Positions 49,590-61,769 of a stretch of 64,000 nt of DNA are shown here, piece after piece; position 1 is the first letter of the stretch; every line of letters begins with the position of its first letter. The notes under the pieces were generated by a model. The model was not told the origin of the DNA, ran no database searches, and saw only the letters and a program-made list of their open reading frames with translations. Source of the stretch: Cenococcum geophilum (taxonomy: Eukaryota); assembly GCA_050273025.1 (NCBI GenBank), contig CP158636.1:6324001-6388000 (forward strand), written 5' to 3'. The position numbers and the translations under genes are program-made.

Positions 49590-51300
49590 AGTTCAACATG
49601 CCTACTTATCCAGGCCTCTACCCCAGTTTTCTAGTGCTTTAGTCCTAGTCTATAAGCAGTTGGCTGCCACCACCCATAACACGAGGAATCTCACCAGTTC
49701 TTTCGGATATCTTATAACGGAATTACCCGAGTACCAGTCCGCCCCCCAGCGGACTATATAAGAGTTTCCTCCTAGAGTTGGTACGCTTTCGCACGGCTTA
49801 GGAGCCTTCTATAGCCTCTAGTTTTACGCTTCTCTTCATTGTTTCCGCCAGCGCGGGCATAAGCTGCCATTTGCAGGGGTCGCAACTCCCGTCTCACGCG
49901 CCTACTGGCGTAATCCTACGAGGGCGTCGTGGCTGCATCCTGCAATATAGCTAGGTACACCTTCTACAGTCGAGGCCCAGCCAAAGCCTCTCCCGCCTGA
50001 GTAACTCCTGTTTGCTCCTTAAGCGTACCTCACCAGCGTACTGCCCTAGCGAGCAGTCGTACTGCCCTAGCAAGCAGTCGTACTGCCCTAGCGAGTAGTC
50101 CCGTCTATTGGTACACCGACACGCGCATCCGTTCTCTCGAGCCACGTAGTAGTCTCTCCGGCCAGGACGTGATCCTGCCTGCCTACCAGGTGCACTAGGG
50201 GTCAGAGCCCAGCTAAGGGGTGAGGTCCCTAGAGCCAGCAGTGGCTACTACGTACTACGCCCCGCGGGCCTTTTAGTTCCCGTTTCGCGTTGCCTGTAAG
50301 AGTCTCCTCATGATAGGCCGACCGTGTCTTGCAGGAGGGACCCATAGATGCTAGGTCCCGCGCCAGGCGACCTGCTCTACCCTCTCCTACTAACCAAGCT
50401 TATGTCCCCCCTTTTTATAAGCTGGCCTGTGTCTCTAACTGTCGAGTCCTCGTCCGACTGGCCTGTGTTTCCTTAGAGCCTCCCCCATATATATATGCGT
50501 CAGGTTGCGTGCACCACGCCTATTAAGACCCTCCAGTGAGTCACCTGTAGGTCGACCGTAAGTCGAACGCCATGGGGCCGTCGAAGCTGGCCTGTGTTTC
50601 CGCTGCCTAGAGCTTTGCCCGTGTTTCCACCTCGTTGAGCCGTCTGGTCGCCGTCGCGTCGCTGTCGCGTCGCTGTCTTCTAGGTCGCGCGCACCACGCC
50701 TATTAAGACCCTCTTCTGAGTCACCTGAGTGTACCGGATACCAGATAGGCCCTCGTAGAGGGGCCTTAACGAGTTCTCTAGGCAGGGCCTTAACAAGTTC
50801 TTCGCGGTGGCCTTGGGGCCTTAACAAGTTTCGTATGAGGTGCCTGCGACGCGTTAACCTTAACAAGTTCTTATAAAAAGAGGTTCCCTACTCCCTCGCC
50901 GCGTTCCTTTGCGATCTCAGAGCTAGTGCAAGCCCAAGGGTGTCCTGTTGTACGCCTAGGTCGCGTCCACGTCGACTGGCTAATAAGGCCAGTTTCGGGC
51001 CTGGCTACAAGCCAGGTAGTCGTACATCGGGTGGTTTTCGTATCCCAGTTTCCCTTGATAGGCCTCCCTAGGTGGTAGAGCAGGAGCCTTAAGCGGAGGC
51101 AGTAAGGCTCCTGGTGTTGTTGAGGACGATGCTTTGTACGATGCTTCGTACGCGTCGCGGGCTCAACACCACAGAACCGCGCTGCATGCGCTGCGACGGC
51201 TCTCTACCATCGCCTCTGCACTTGGCCATCGTAAGGAATGAATTCCTGATGATGTTTCCACCCGCGGCGACGTGGACGCGTGCAGTAGGGCTTCGCGGGC
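49590..51300 (-). other. GC-rich, less-mutated subterminal segment of the Plavaka element, with short repeats and a possible decayed low-complexity ORF
   Basis: 21-bp repeat x3 (50038-50100), ~40-bp repeat x2 (~50505 and ~50685), and ccttaacaagtt x4 (50764-50870, reading ELVKA on the minus strand). Long open stretches on the minus strand, but no recognisable domain. Confidence 0.35.
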
Positions 51301-51309
51301 TGCTATAAT

Positions 51310-51491
51310 TTACTATTAGATATTGTAAACTTGTTATAAAACGCGCGGTTTGCTATTAGATGCTATAAACTTGTTACAAAACGCACGGTTTATATAATTC
51401 GCTAACGACTATATCCACCTGCCGCAACCGTATAGTTTGCGGCAATTTGCCGCAAACCGCAACAACCAGCCCAAAAAAAAATTGCCTGATG
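51310..51491. repeat. Right subterminal repeats and TIR of the Plavaka element
   Basis: 40-bp direct repeat x2 (51310-51391), clustered TGCCGCAA/TTGCGGCA motifs (51420-51455), and terminus ...AAAAAAAAATTGCCTGATG. Confidence 0.8.
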
Positions 51492-51493
51492 AG

Positions 51494-52665
51494 GGTTCTC
51501 ATCTATAACTCCTTGGAGGGTTATACTGTTTTACTCTATAAGGTTCTTATGGTAGTATTCTAGCCCTTTAAAGAACTGTTATATATAGTTATAGGCTTTA
51601 GTAAAAGGTCTTAACTTAAGGTTACTGTTATAGTAGTGGTCCTAAGCAAGCCCTTTTAGCATACTAGGGAATGCCACTGCGTAGCCTTCTAGTGGTAAGC
51701 TAGATCTTTTATAGATGTTATAGAAGATAATTAACTTAAAGTTAAAGCTATCACTAACTCTATTGTACTTTTAGTCGTTTATATAAATCTTTATAATTAT
51801 AGCTACCTTCTTACTATATTTAGGTCCTTGCCTAGGTCCTTACTCTATACTAGGCACGGCCGGTTTAGGTAGTATATATATATATAGCTGCTACGGTTAC
51901 TGCGGCTACTATAGTTACTGCTCTCTTAACTATAGCAATTGGTTAATAAGGGTGTAGATTTAGTCATAGTTGGAGAATTAAGGATTGGGAGGAATAGTAG
52001 GGGTAGCGGGGGTAGTAATCGGAGTGGCTAACAGTGCAGTAATTAGGATAACTGGTGGTGTAGCGGTTAGGATAGCTAGTAGTGCAGCAGTTAGAATAGC
52101 TAGTGGAATTAGTAGAGTAGCTAGTAAGGGACTATAAAAAGGTATTAATGCTAGTAGAGCTATAGCAAGCTTATCTAGGGTCGAATTAAGTTAGTCTTAT
52201 AAAGCTATAGTAATTATTAGCTTAATATCAATAAGGGCTAGACTAATTTCTTCATCTATCCATTTATAAAACTCTTCTTTATTAGCAACGTCCGTTAGCA
52301 CCTTACTAAGGGAGTATCTCTTATCTTACTTAACAATATATACTCCTTTCTTAACTAGGTATTTACAAATTCCCATTTTAGTATTAGATTATACTCGTTT
52401 AAAGATCTCTAGTATAAAGTCCTTAAAGTCTTCCTAAAATACTGTCCACAATAAATAGTCTATAAGGTTGGATTGTATATATAGGTATATCTTAATCTCT
52501 ATATACTCTATTAGACTGTTATCTATAGCCGTCTCCAAGTTAATTCTATAGCCGTACTTGGCAATTCTCTCCTTTTAATTAATTTCTATATTATTATATC
52601 TTTGTATATATTATAGTTCGAGGTTAAGGTTTAAGGTAAGGGTATATATATCCTCTACAGCCATT
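51494..52665 (-). pseudogene. Copia gag N-terminal part, RIP-degenerate
   Basis: 'AFPSMLKGLA*DHYY...FFKGLEYYHKNLIE*NSITLQGVIDENP', in frame with the segment ending at 24138. Confidence 0.85.
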
Positions 52666-52968
52666 AGGCCTATAAAGTATTCTTAGCAAGATTGCTATTC
52701 TCTTAGTAATCTGTTATATTAGCTATAAGGCTAGTATAAATTCTCTTAAGCTTAAGGGAGGTTATAATCTTCTCTAAGTAAAGATATAATTCTCTAGGTA
52801 ATTTAACGCGTTAGCAGTTAAGCTAATACGTGGTTTTGAGCTTTAAGGGTAATATAGCTTTCTCCTTTAATAAAGTAGGCAGGGCTAGGCGATCCATATA
52901 CTATTTCTAGTACGGTTCTTAAGCTCTAGCTTATTACATATTTCCTAATCTATACGTCTACTAATTAG

Positions 52969-53138
52969 TTTCAGTATACTTATATTATTAACGTACACGA
53001 ATATTACTTGTAGTAGTACATATGCGGTGTTAAAGTTGGTAGTTATTCTTGTCTAAAAATAGGGGTTTGCTCCAAGGTCAGATTAGCTAGCCTCGCTTCG
53101 TGGTCTCGTGACCACGTCATATAACTAATATTCCGACA
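52969..53138 (-). repeat. Copia 5' LTR (170 bp)
   Basis: Direct repeat of 9936-10105; ends CCGACA followed by TSD CTATC. Confidence 0.95.
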
Positions 53139-53627
53139 CTATCTATTATATTAAATAATAACGTTGTAGCTATATTATATAGGATATTAGATATAGGTAG
53201 TCGGTCGCACTTTATCTAAACTCGTTGCTCTAAATCTTATAAATTAACCTAAAAAAGTTACTTTATATCTTTCTACCTATAATTTTAACAACTTACTTTT
53301 ATACTATAGGGTTTTTATATAAATATTCTTAAAAGGTAGCTTTAGTTATATAATTAATTAGATTTTTAAAAATACGTTATTTAGGATAAAAGTAGGGCAG
53401 TAGAAAAGGTGGGAAAAAGATACTAGTCTCGAGTTAACCTCTATATATTTCGCACTAAAGGCCCTTAAACGGCAAACAAGACCGCGCTTCTAAGTACAGG
53501 GGTTATATAACGCTAGTAGGGGTTTAATAAAGCTAGTAGAGGTTTTATATAAAGCTATACTAGTTAAGTACTAGCGAGATTTATCTCGTTTGCCGCCTAA
53601 GTCACTTACTAAAATAAACGTCTAAGC

Positions 53628-53880
53628 TGTTAGCGACTCAGTCAATCGAGGCACGAGCACGGCAAGAGGGACGCGCAAGCCTGTACGATTGGTAGTCTAT
53701 AAACGAAGATCTAAAGCTAGAGAAAGGAAAGGAGACGGAGGGCGGCGCCGCTCGACGTTATATACGATCCTCTGGTCACGTGACGGCAACTGTCTGGAAC
53801 TGTCTGCGACTGTCTGTAACTATCTGCAACTATCTATAACTGTCCGCCATTATCCACCGGTTTCCACCAGTGCCGTAACA
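53628..53880 (-). repeat. Gypsy copy A 3' LTR (253 bp), with extra 10-bp aactgtctgc repeats
   Basis: Direct repeat of 59351-59573, 30 bp longer owing to three more internal 10-mers. Confidence 0.93.
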
Positions 53881-56800
53881 TTACCCCCCCCTCCGAAAAA
53901 GCCTGCCCTTAGGCTTTGTACGTCCGTATTATGTCCGTGGGGTATTCTTGTCTTTATGCTTAATAGGCAGCTTATCGTCTTCGCTATTCTAGTACTCTAT
54001 TTACTTATTAAGGTACTTTAGGGGTCCGGGTTTATTAGGGTAATGATTATAGAATTCCTAAAGCTTATAGGGGCTACCTATAAAGTTCTATATAGGGTAC
54101 TAAGTGGGGTCTGGGTTGTACCCTTTCTAACTAATATAATATTTTAACGTTCCCCTTATAAGCTTGCAGGCTAGTATTTCTTTAATTTCCCATTTATTAT
54201 TGCTATTAACTTAGATCGGTAGGGGAGGTTTATTCTTTTGTCTAGGTAATAGGTTGTTTGTAGCTTTCCATAGTTTATCCGGAGAGAAAATAGGGTAAAC
54301 TTTAATTAAATCTAGGAGCTTTACTTTATACGCGTTGCCTATCTTTTTAAGAACCTTATACGGTCCTACTATCTAATAGTCTAGCTTACGGCTAGGTCGT
54401 TCCGTTTTTTAGTTCTTTATTATAACTTAGACCATATCTCCTACGGTAAAGTTAGGCTCTCGCCTATGCTTATTTGCTTACTATTGCATTAATTTCTAAG
54501 CCTTTTTTAGATTTATATAGGCTACTATCTAGGCTTCTTTTAAGCGCTTGGCGTACTACTAGGCTTCCTTATAAGATAGTTTTTTGCGTATAGTTTAGGG
54601 TCCTTTTAGTCTTTCCTAGTCAAAGCTTATGCGGGGTAAGTAGCCTATTTTTAGCTGGATAGGGGCAAATCCTATAGAATTATAAGGTAGGGTTGCTTGG
54701 GCGTAGTCTATTAGGGGTAGTAGTTTGGCCTAGTTATCTTAAAAGTAGTTAATGAAAGGCCAAAGTCTCTGGTCTAAGTATTGATTTATAATTTCCGTCT
54801 AACTATCTGTCTGGGGGTAGTATGCTGTAAAAAGCTTTAGCTTAATGCCTAAGATCTAGGTAAACTTATTCTAGAAAGCTAAAATAAATTACGGCCTATA
54901 ATTGGATATAATAGTATCTAGTAGTCCATAAATTTGGTAAACGTAGTGGATATATAGTTAGGCCGCCTCTTTAGCATTAATATTCTTATAATAGGGGATT
55001 AAGAACGGGCGCTTGCTAAAGCGGTTAACTAGGATTATAACCATATTGTATCTGTTACGGTCCGTAGGTAGTTTATAGAAGTCTATAGAGATATGCTATT
55101 AGGGGCGTTCTAATATTAGGAGTGGTTTTAATAGTCCTAGGGTTTTGTCTTGTGGAATTATAAATCTATAGCAGTTGTTATAGTTCTATATATAGCGGTT
55201 AATATCCGCAACTATTTTAGGCCAGTAGTAGCGGTCGCTAATAATCTTACGGGTTTTATTTTTTCTAGGGTGGGCTGTAGAGACCTAGGTATAAGCTTTG
55301 GCAATAAGCCAGGTCCGTAAGTTCTATTCCTTAGCTACTACTAGCCGTTTCTGGTGCTTAAGTAGTCTATTTTTAAGGGACTATAGGCTGGTAACGTTCT
55401 TTACCTTTTTACGGTACTTCTATAGAGAGGGGGTCGTTCGGTTAGCCTATAGTAGTTTATTAATAAGGTTAAGTTTAGAGGAGTTAATAGGATATATCTT
55501 GGTGCCTAAAGAGTCTGTACTTAGTTCTGCCTATATCTAGGGGTTAAGGTATTCTAGTTATAGTAGCGTTTAGGTCTATAATAAGATCTTTATAGCTATC
55601 TGGTTATCTAGGTCTTACTTACGCCTTATAAAAGCGTCCGTACGGTTTATAGCGCCTGGTCTATATATAATTAAGAAGTTAAACTAAGATAGGGTATTTG
55701 CCTAGCGTGCCTACCGGGCTATAAGGGCCTTAGTTGTTATAAAGTATTCTAGGGCCTTATAATCTAAAACTACCTTAATTGGCTTAGGGGTCCCCTTTAG
55801 CTGTGTACACCAGTGCTAAAAGCTAGAGATAATAGCCAGCATTTCTTTATTATAGATGTGGTAGTTTAGCTTAGCATTTATTATAGTCTTTAAATAGTAT
55901 ATAATAGGGTGCCACTCTCTGTTCGGTTGTTTCTAGGAAAAAATACTAGCTATCGCGCCGTTTAAGGCATCAGTTTCTAGTATTAAGGGCCGTTTTAGGT
56001 TAAAATGGGCGAGTAGGGGAGCCGATACTAGCCGTTTCTTAAGCTTATTAAAGGCCTACCTATATATAGCATTAAAGTAAAAGGGCTAGTCTTTTCTAGT
56101 AAAATAGTTAAGAGGCTAGGCGATCCTACTGTAGTTCTTAATAAAGCGTTAATAGAAGTTATAAAAACCTAAAAATGATTATACCCCCTTTACGGTCTAT
56201 GGGGGTGCCTACTAGTTAATTACGGCTGTTTTCTCTAGGTTGGTTTTAATTCCGTCCATACTAATAATAAAACTTAGGTACTTTGTGCGCTTAATACTAA
56301 ACTCTAACTTCTTAATATTAACCTAGAGGCTAGCCTTATGGAGCCGTTATAGGACTTTATAGATATGCTCCTTATATTCTAGCTTGTTCTTAGAGTAGAT
56401 TATAATATTATCTAAATAGGCCGTATAGAAGTCGTTAAGGTAGTTAAAGAGTACATTATTTATGTACCGCTGGTATATAGCTAGCCCGTTAGTTAGTCTA
56501 AAAGGGAGTACCTTATATTTATATGTTCCGTAATAGGTCTAAAATATAGTAAGATCTTTAAACCTGGGGTTTATTCTAATTTAGTAAAAGGCCTGGCGGA
56601 TATTAAGTTTTATAAAGACTTTAGCTCTACTTATTTAGGCTAGAGTCTTATTAAGTAGGGGTAGCGGATAGCTGTCCTTGCGGGTTATATTATTTAGCTT
56701 ATAGTAGTTAATGTAGAAGCGGAGTCCTCTATTTAGCTTTTTAATAAAGAGAATAGGTGAGGCGAAAGGGGCTTAGCTAGGCTTAATAAAGCCCTTATTT

Positions 56801-59350
56801 AGGTTATTAATAAAATACTACTTTATGGCCTACAATTTGGTAATAAACTGCTTATAAAGGGGGCTAAAGCTAAGGGTGTTTTCCTTACCCTGCTTAATCT
56901 TAATCTTATAGTTATACGGTCGGTAAGGTGGAAGTATATTAGACGCTACTTTGGAGAATACGTCCTTAAATTTCTAGTGTTAAAAGGGTAGCTTTTGTGC
57001 TACTAGTTCCTTATCTATAAACTTGCTTTTTTGTCTACTAAGCTTACTTCCCTTTTCCTTAATTATTTAATTAATTTCGTATAAGCTTATTATAAAGGCG
57101 ATGGTATTAGGCTAAACTAAGTTCTAGTAGAATCTTACAGCACTAATACAGTAGACATTAACTAGTGGGAGGTCCGCTAGTTTCCTTGCAGCCGTTTTCT
57201 AAACTGTATTTTGCGGTCTAGGGTTTATAATTTTTCTTAGCTCCTATTCTATTTTCCGCAGATTATCCCTCCAATCTATTAGTTTAGTGTAATGTCTAAC
57301 GTCCCTTACTATTCTTTGTGGCTGTATAGGGCCTAAGCTCTCCATAGGGGGCTTTTTTAGGTTACTACTAACTTCCTAGGTCTTTAATACGGGTGGCGTA
57401 ATATAGGTAGTCTGGGGGCGACGTAGTATACGGATCCGTTGCGAATTAAGCTATATATCTTTCTTAAAGGCCTAGTCCCTACGTATAGCATCGGCCTGGT
57501 AAATAGTATTAATCTAGGGCCGTATAAGGTTTTCTATTATAATACTAATTTCTTTTATAAAGGAAGGGGTTAGGGGTAGGGTTTCTGGCTAAATAAGCCG
57601 TTTACTTTATATATTAAGCTATAAGCCTAAATAGGCTAGCTATTTTCGCCCTAAGATTATATTATAGCTACCTAGGTCTGTAATAAGGAAGGGGATGTTA
57701 TACTACCTTCGTTTATTAACACGGAGGTAAATCCACAAGATAGTCGTAATAGGTAGCCCTATCCGCCCGTTATACCCATAAATAGGAATTAGTTTGGGCA
57801 GTTCTTTAATAGGTGCATTTAGAAAGTCAGCCAGCTTTATAGTATACTGGGTGTCTATTAAGGTAAAGGTATTTACTCTAGAGTTAGCTAAAGTAGAGGT
57901 TAAAACTTAGTATCTATTACGAAATAAAGTATAAGGGATAGTATAGCTTCTTCTACTAATTAGCCGACCTAGATCAACATCTAATATATTAATCCCTTTT
58001 AACCCTAAAGAGGAGTCTTCCTCTAGGGTTCCTCTTTTTCTAACTCTACGCTATCCTCCTGGATTAATAGGACCTTATCTACTTTTGCGTTTATTAGACA
58101 ATCCTTTATATAGTGGCCTTTCTAACCATAAGAGAAGCAAGCTCCTTAATTACTAAGGGCCTATATATAGGGGTTGCTATATATAGGCCGAGCATTCGCC
58201 AGACCTATGGCAGGGCTAGCCGTATAGCTAGCTGCTAAATTGGCGGCGGGCTGTACAGGTAGTGCTATAGGGGTTGCCGATCGTGCCGGGGTATTGCGGG
58301 CCGTTCTTATATTGCTTATGGTCTGATTTAAAGAGTTTCTGGCTTTATACCATTTGGCGCGTACCTTAATTCGGCGGAGGCCTTAGTTAATAGCTAAGCA
58401 CTAGTCCGTAAGTTCCTTTAGCGTCTATATAGTAGTAAAAACTAGCAGTATAGCTCGCTGTAAGTCTAGGGTAAGCTTATTAAATAGGTCTAGTATTAGA
58501 TCTTCCTGGGGAATTTAAGCCTAGCCGGCTAGGTATAGAAAGTGGGTCTAAAAGGCTAAGAAGGTCTCCGTCGTTTTTATGTTTAGGCTTTTATAATTAA
58601 GTTAGGCATTTTATACTTTAAAGGGGTCCTTATAGATAGAAGATAGGTATACAATTATCTCTTTTCTAGAGAGGAAGGGATCTACCAAGTCCTGTATATA
58701 TTGAGGACGTAAGTGCGTCTATACGTCCCTACTGGTACGGCTAAAGACGTAGGCCATTTTAGCCTAAGTGGTAGGGAAGTAGTCCGTATTAACTTCGAGC
58801 TTATTCTATAATTAAAGCTTCTAATTATTAAATATAGGGTTGGTTCCGTCTATGAGTAATAGGGGGTCTGTAACCTTCGCGGACCGTAATAATACTAATG
58901 CTATATATTAGGCTAGGGCCTTAAGGACTATAGCAAGCCTCTAGGTGTCCGATAACTTTTTACTAGGTATAAGGGGTTCTCTAGCTTTAAGCAGCTCTCA
59001 AAGTCGTTTAATTTCGGCATTAGCTGCTATAAGCTCTACTTAGGAGTTTAAGTTAGTTGCTATTTCACTATTAGAGGTATTTAAGGGTCCTACGGCTGCT
59101 TTGCCGGCCGCTGTAGTTCTTAGTATAGTGATATAGTTATTAGGGTAACTTTTGGTAGGATTCTTATAGGGGTTCTAGTCTGTGCGTATTCTGTAAATCT
59201 TATTCTTTTTTTCTATTCTTCTAGTTCTGTTTTATTCTTTAAGTTCTGGTAATAGCCTTTAGGTCTGCTTCTGTGTTCTATTCTTATTTATAGTCCGTAG
59301 ATATTTTTTAAGTTCCTTCTCAGGAAGAAGAGTAGACGAGCTTTAGATAA

Positions 59351-59573
59351 TGTTAGCGACTTAGTTAATTAAGGCACGAGCACGGCAAGAGGGACGCGTA
59401 AGCCTATATAATTGGTAGTCTATAAACGAAGATCTAAAGCTAGAGAAAGGAAAGGAGACGGAGGGCGGCGCCGCTCGACGTTATATACGATCCTCTGGTT
59501 ACGTGACGGCAACTATCTAAAACTGTCTGCAACTGTCCGCCATTATCCACCGGTTTCCACCAGTGCCGTAACA
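59351..59573 (-). repeat. Gypsy copy A 5' LTR (223 bp)
   Basis: Followed by TSD TAAGC. Confidence 0.93.
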
Positions 59574-61769
59574 TAAGCAGTTTAGCGAGTTGTTAAAAGC
59601 ATAAGTAAAAATCTTAGTCTTAGCGATTTTATAAGGGGATTTCCTCTATAATATAATAAAATAAAGTCTTAGAAATTTATTAATAAATCTTAGGGGGCTA
59701 TTTTATATATTAAAGCCCTTAGAATTATATTATACCTATTACGGCACTAGTAGAACTTGGCAGAACTTTACAGTCCTCCGTACTAGTAAGTTGCTATAAA
59801 TTACTGCATATTGCGGTTATATGACGTAAAGATCTTATAAAACATCAAGCGGCGCTGCTCTTCTTCTCCTTTCCTTTCTCTAGCTTTAGATCTTTATTTC
59901 TAGACAATCCAATTATATAGGCTTGCACGTCCCTTATACCGTGCTCGTGCTTTAATTAACTAAGTTACTAACATTATCTAAAGCTTATCTACCCTTTTTT
60001 CCTAAAAAGGAACTTAAATATATCTATAGAATAAGAACTAGAATAAGAACCGGAATTAAAAAATAAAATATAAATATAAACTTTAAGAATAGGATAAGTA
60101 CGGACCAGAACCCCTAAAGAATTTATATAAAATTATCTAATATCCCTACTACTATACTAAGAAATATAGCAGCTAGTAAAGTAGCTATAGGACCTTTAAA
60201 TACCTTAAATAATAAAACAGTTAATGTCTTAAACCTCTAGGCAAAGCTAGCAGCAGCTAATACTAAGATTAAACAACTGTAAGAGCTGCTTAAATCTAGA
60301 GATACCCCTACTTCTATATCTAGTGACAAATTATTAAACACCTAGAGACTTACTATAGTCCTTAAGGCCCTATCCTAGCGCCTTAGTGGACCCACTAAGC
60401 CCTATATAGTACTATTGTAGTCTATAAAGGTTATAGACCCTTTATTACTTATAGATGGAATAAACCCTATATTTAATAACTAGAAGCTCTAACTACGGAA
60501 TAAGCTTAAAATTAATGCTAACTACTTTCCTACCTCTTAAGCCTAAATAGCTTATATCTTTAGCCGTACTAATAGAGACGCTTAAACGCACCTACGCCCG
60601 TAATACACTAAGGACTTAATAAACCCTTTTACCTCTAAAGAAGAAATAATTAACTACTTATCTTCTATTTATAAGGACCCCTTTAAGGTATAAAACGCCT
60701 GCCTTAATTATAAAGGCCTAAACATAAAAACAATAAAGACCTTTTTAGCCTTTTAGACCCGCTTTTTATACTTAGTAGGCCAGGCCTAAATTCCCTAAGA
60801 AGATTTAATACTAGACCTATTTAATAAGCTTACCCTAAACCTATAGCGGGCTATATTACTAGTTTTTTACTACTATATAGACGCTAAAGGAACTTACGGA
60901 TTAGTGTTTAGCTATTAACTAAGGCCTTTATTAAATTAAGGTATATGCTAAATAGTATAAAGCTAGAAACCTCCTAAATTAGACTAAGAACGGCCTATAG
61001 TGCCCTAGTATAATTAGTAACTCCTATAGTATTAGCTATATAGCCCACCGCTAATTTAGCGGCTAGCTATGCGGCTAGTCCTACTATAGGTCTAATAAAT
61101 GCTCGGCCTATATATAGCAGCCCCTATATATAGGCCCTTAGTAATTAAGGCGCCTACTTCTCTTATGGCTAAAAGGGCTATATTATAAAAGACTGCTTAA
61201 TAAATATAAAAAGAAATAAAGTTTTATTAATCTAGGAGGATAGTATAAAGTTAGAAAAAGAGGAACCCTAAAGAAAGACTCCTCTTTAGGGTTAAAAGGG
61301 ATTAACATATTATATATTAATTTAGGTTAGCTAGTTAGCGGAAAAAGCTATACTATCCCCTATACTTTATTCCGCAATAGATATTAAGTTTTAACCTCTA
61401 CTTTAGCTAACTTTAAAGTAAATGCCTTTACCTTAATAGATATATAGTACGCTATAAAGCTAGCTAACCTTTTAAATATACCCCTTAAAGAACTACCTAA
61501 ACTAATTTCTATTTATGGGTATAACGGATAGATAGGGCTACCTATTATAACTATTTTATAGATTTACCTTTATATTAACCGACGAAGGTAGTATAATATT
61601 CCCTTTCTTATTACGGACCTAGAAAGCTATAATATAATCTTAAAGAGAAAATAGCTAGCCTATTTAGGCTTATAGCTTAATATATAGAGTAGACGGCTTA
61701 TTTAGCCTAAACCCCTATTTCCAACCCCTTCCTTTATAAAAGAAATTAGCATTATAATAAAAAACCTTA

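Larger units (their letters stand above)
24139..51491 (+). mobile_element. Giant Plavaka/CACTA-like DNA transposon (27.4 kb; ~22.5 kb after removing later insertions) with cargo genes
   Basis: Left end CATTAGGATTTTTTTTTTGGCCATGTTATTGC versus right end GCAACAACCAGCCCAAAAAAAAATTGCCTGATG (imperfect TIR). 2-bp TSD AG (24137-24138 / 51492-51493). Removing the element plus one AG restores the Copia gag frame (...QGVIDENP|NKLIY...). Internal Plavaka transposase. Confidence 0.88.
9936..53138 (-). mobile_element. Ty1/Copia LTR retrotransposon (~6.3 kb native) in three pieces: 9936-11434, 21022-24138, 51494-53138
   Basis: 170-bp direct LTRs, 5-bp TSD CTATC (9931-9935 / 53139-53143), and gag-IN-RT-RNase H order on the minus strand. 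Confidence 0.93.
9256..53617. mobile_element. Non-autonomous TIR DNA element (~1.15 kb native: 9256-9935 plus 53144-53617), split by a 43-kb nested insertion
   Basis: Left end TTATCTCAGTAAGCGACTCAGACGGCAA matches the reverse complement of the right end TTGCCGCCTAAGTCACTTACTAAAATAA, with transitions only. 8-bp TSD ACGTCTGA (9248-9255) / ACGTCTAA (53618-53625). A second inverted block links ~9393-9418 with ~53449-53474. Confidence 0.85.
53628..59573 (-). mobile_element. Full-length Ty3/Gypsy chromovirus-type LTR retrotransposon (copy A), RIP-degenerate
   Basis: LTRs at 53628-53880 and 59351-59573 (TGTTAG...TAACA), TSD TAAGC (53623-53627 / 59574-59578), and PPT at 53881-53895. Minus strand carries gag, protease 'LANSRVN' (from DSG), RT 'YLDNIIIY', RNase H 'YNKEMLAII', integrase and a chromodomain remnant (~54030-54200). 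Confidence 0.95.

Noticed and set aside
47390..49600. TSD for the truncated LINE
   Set aside because: No convincing duplication of the sequence before the poly(T) was found at the 5' truncation point.
24139..51491. Starship element
   Set aside because: No tyrosine-recombinase captain recognised at either end. The mobiliser is a Plavaka transposase with TIRs and a 2-bp TSD.
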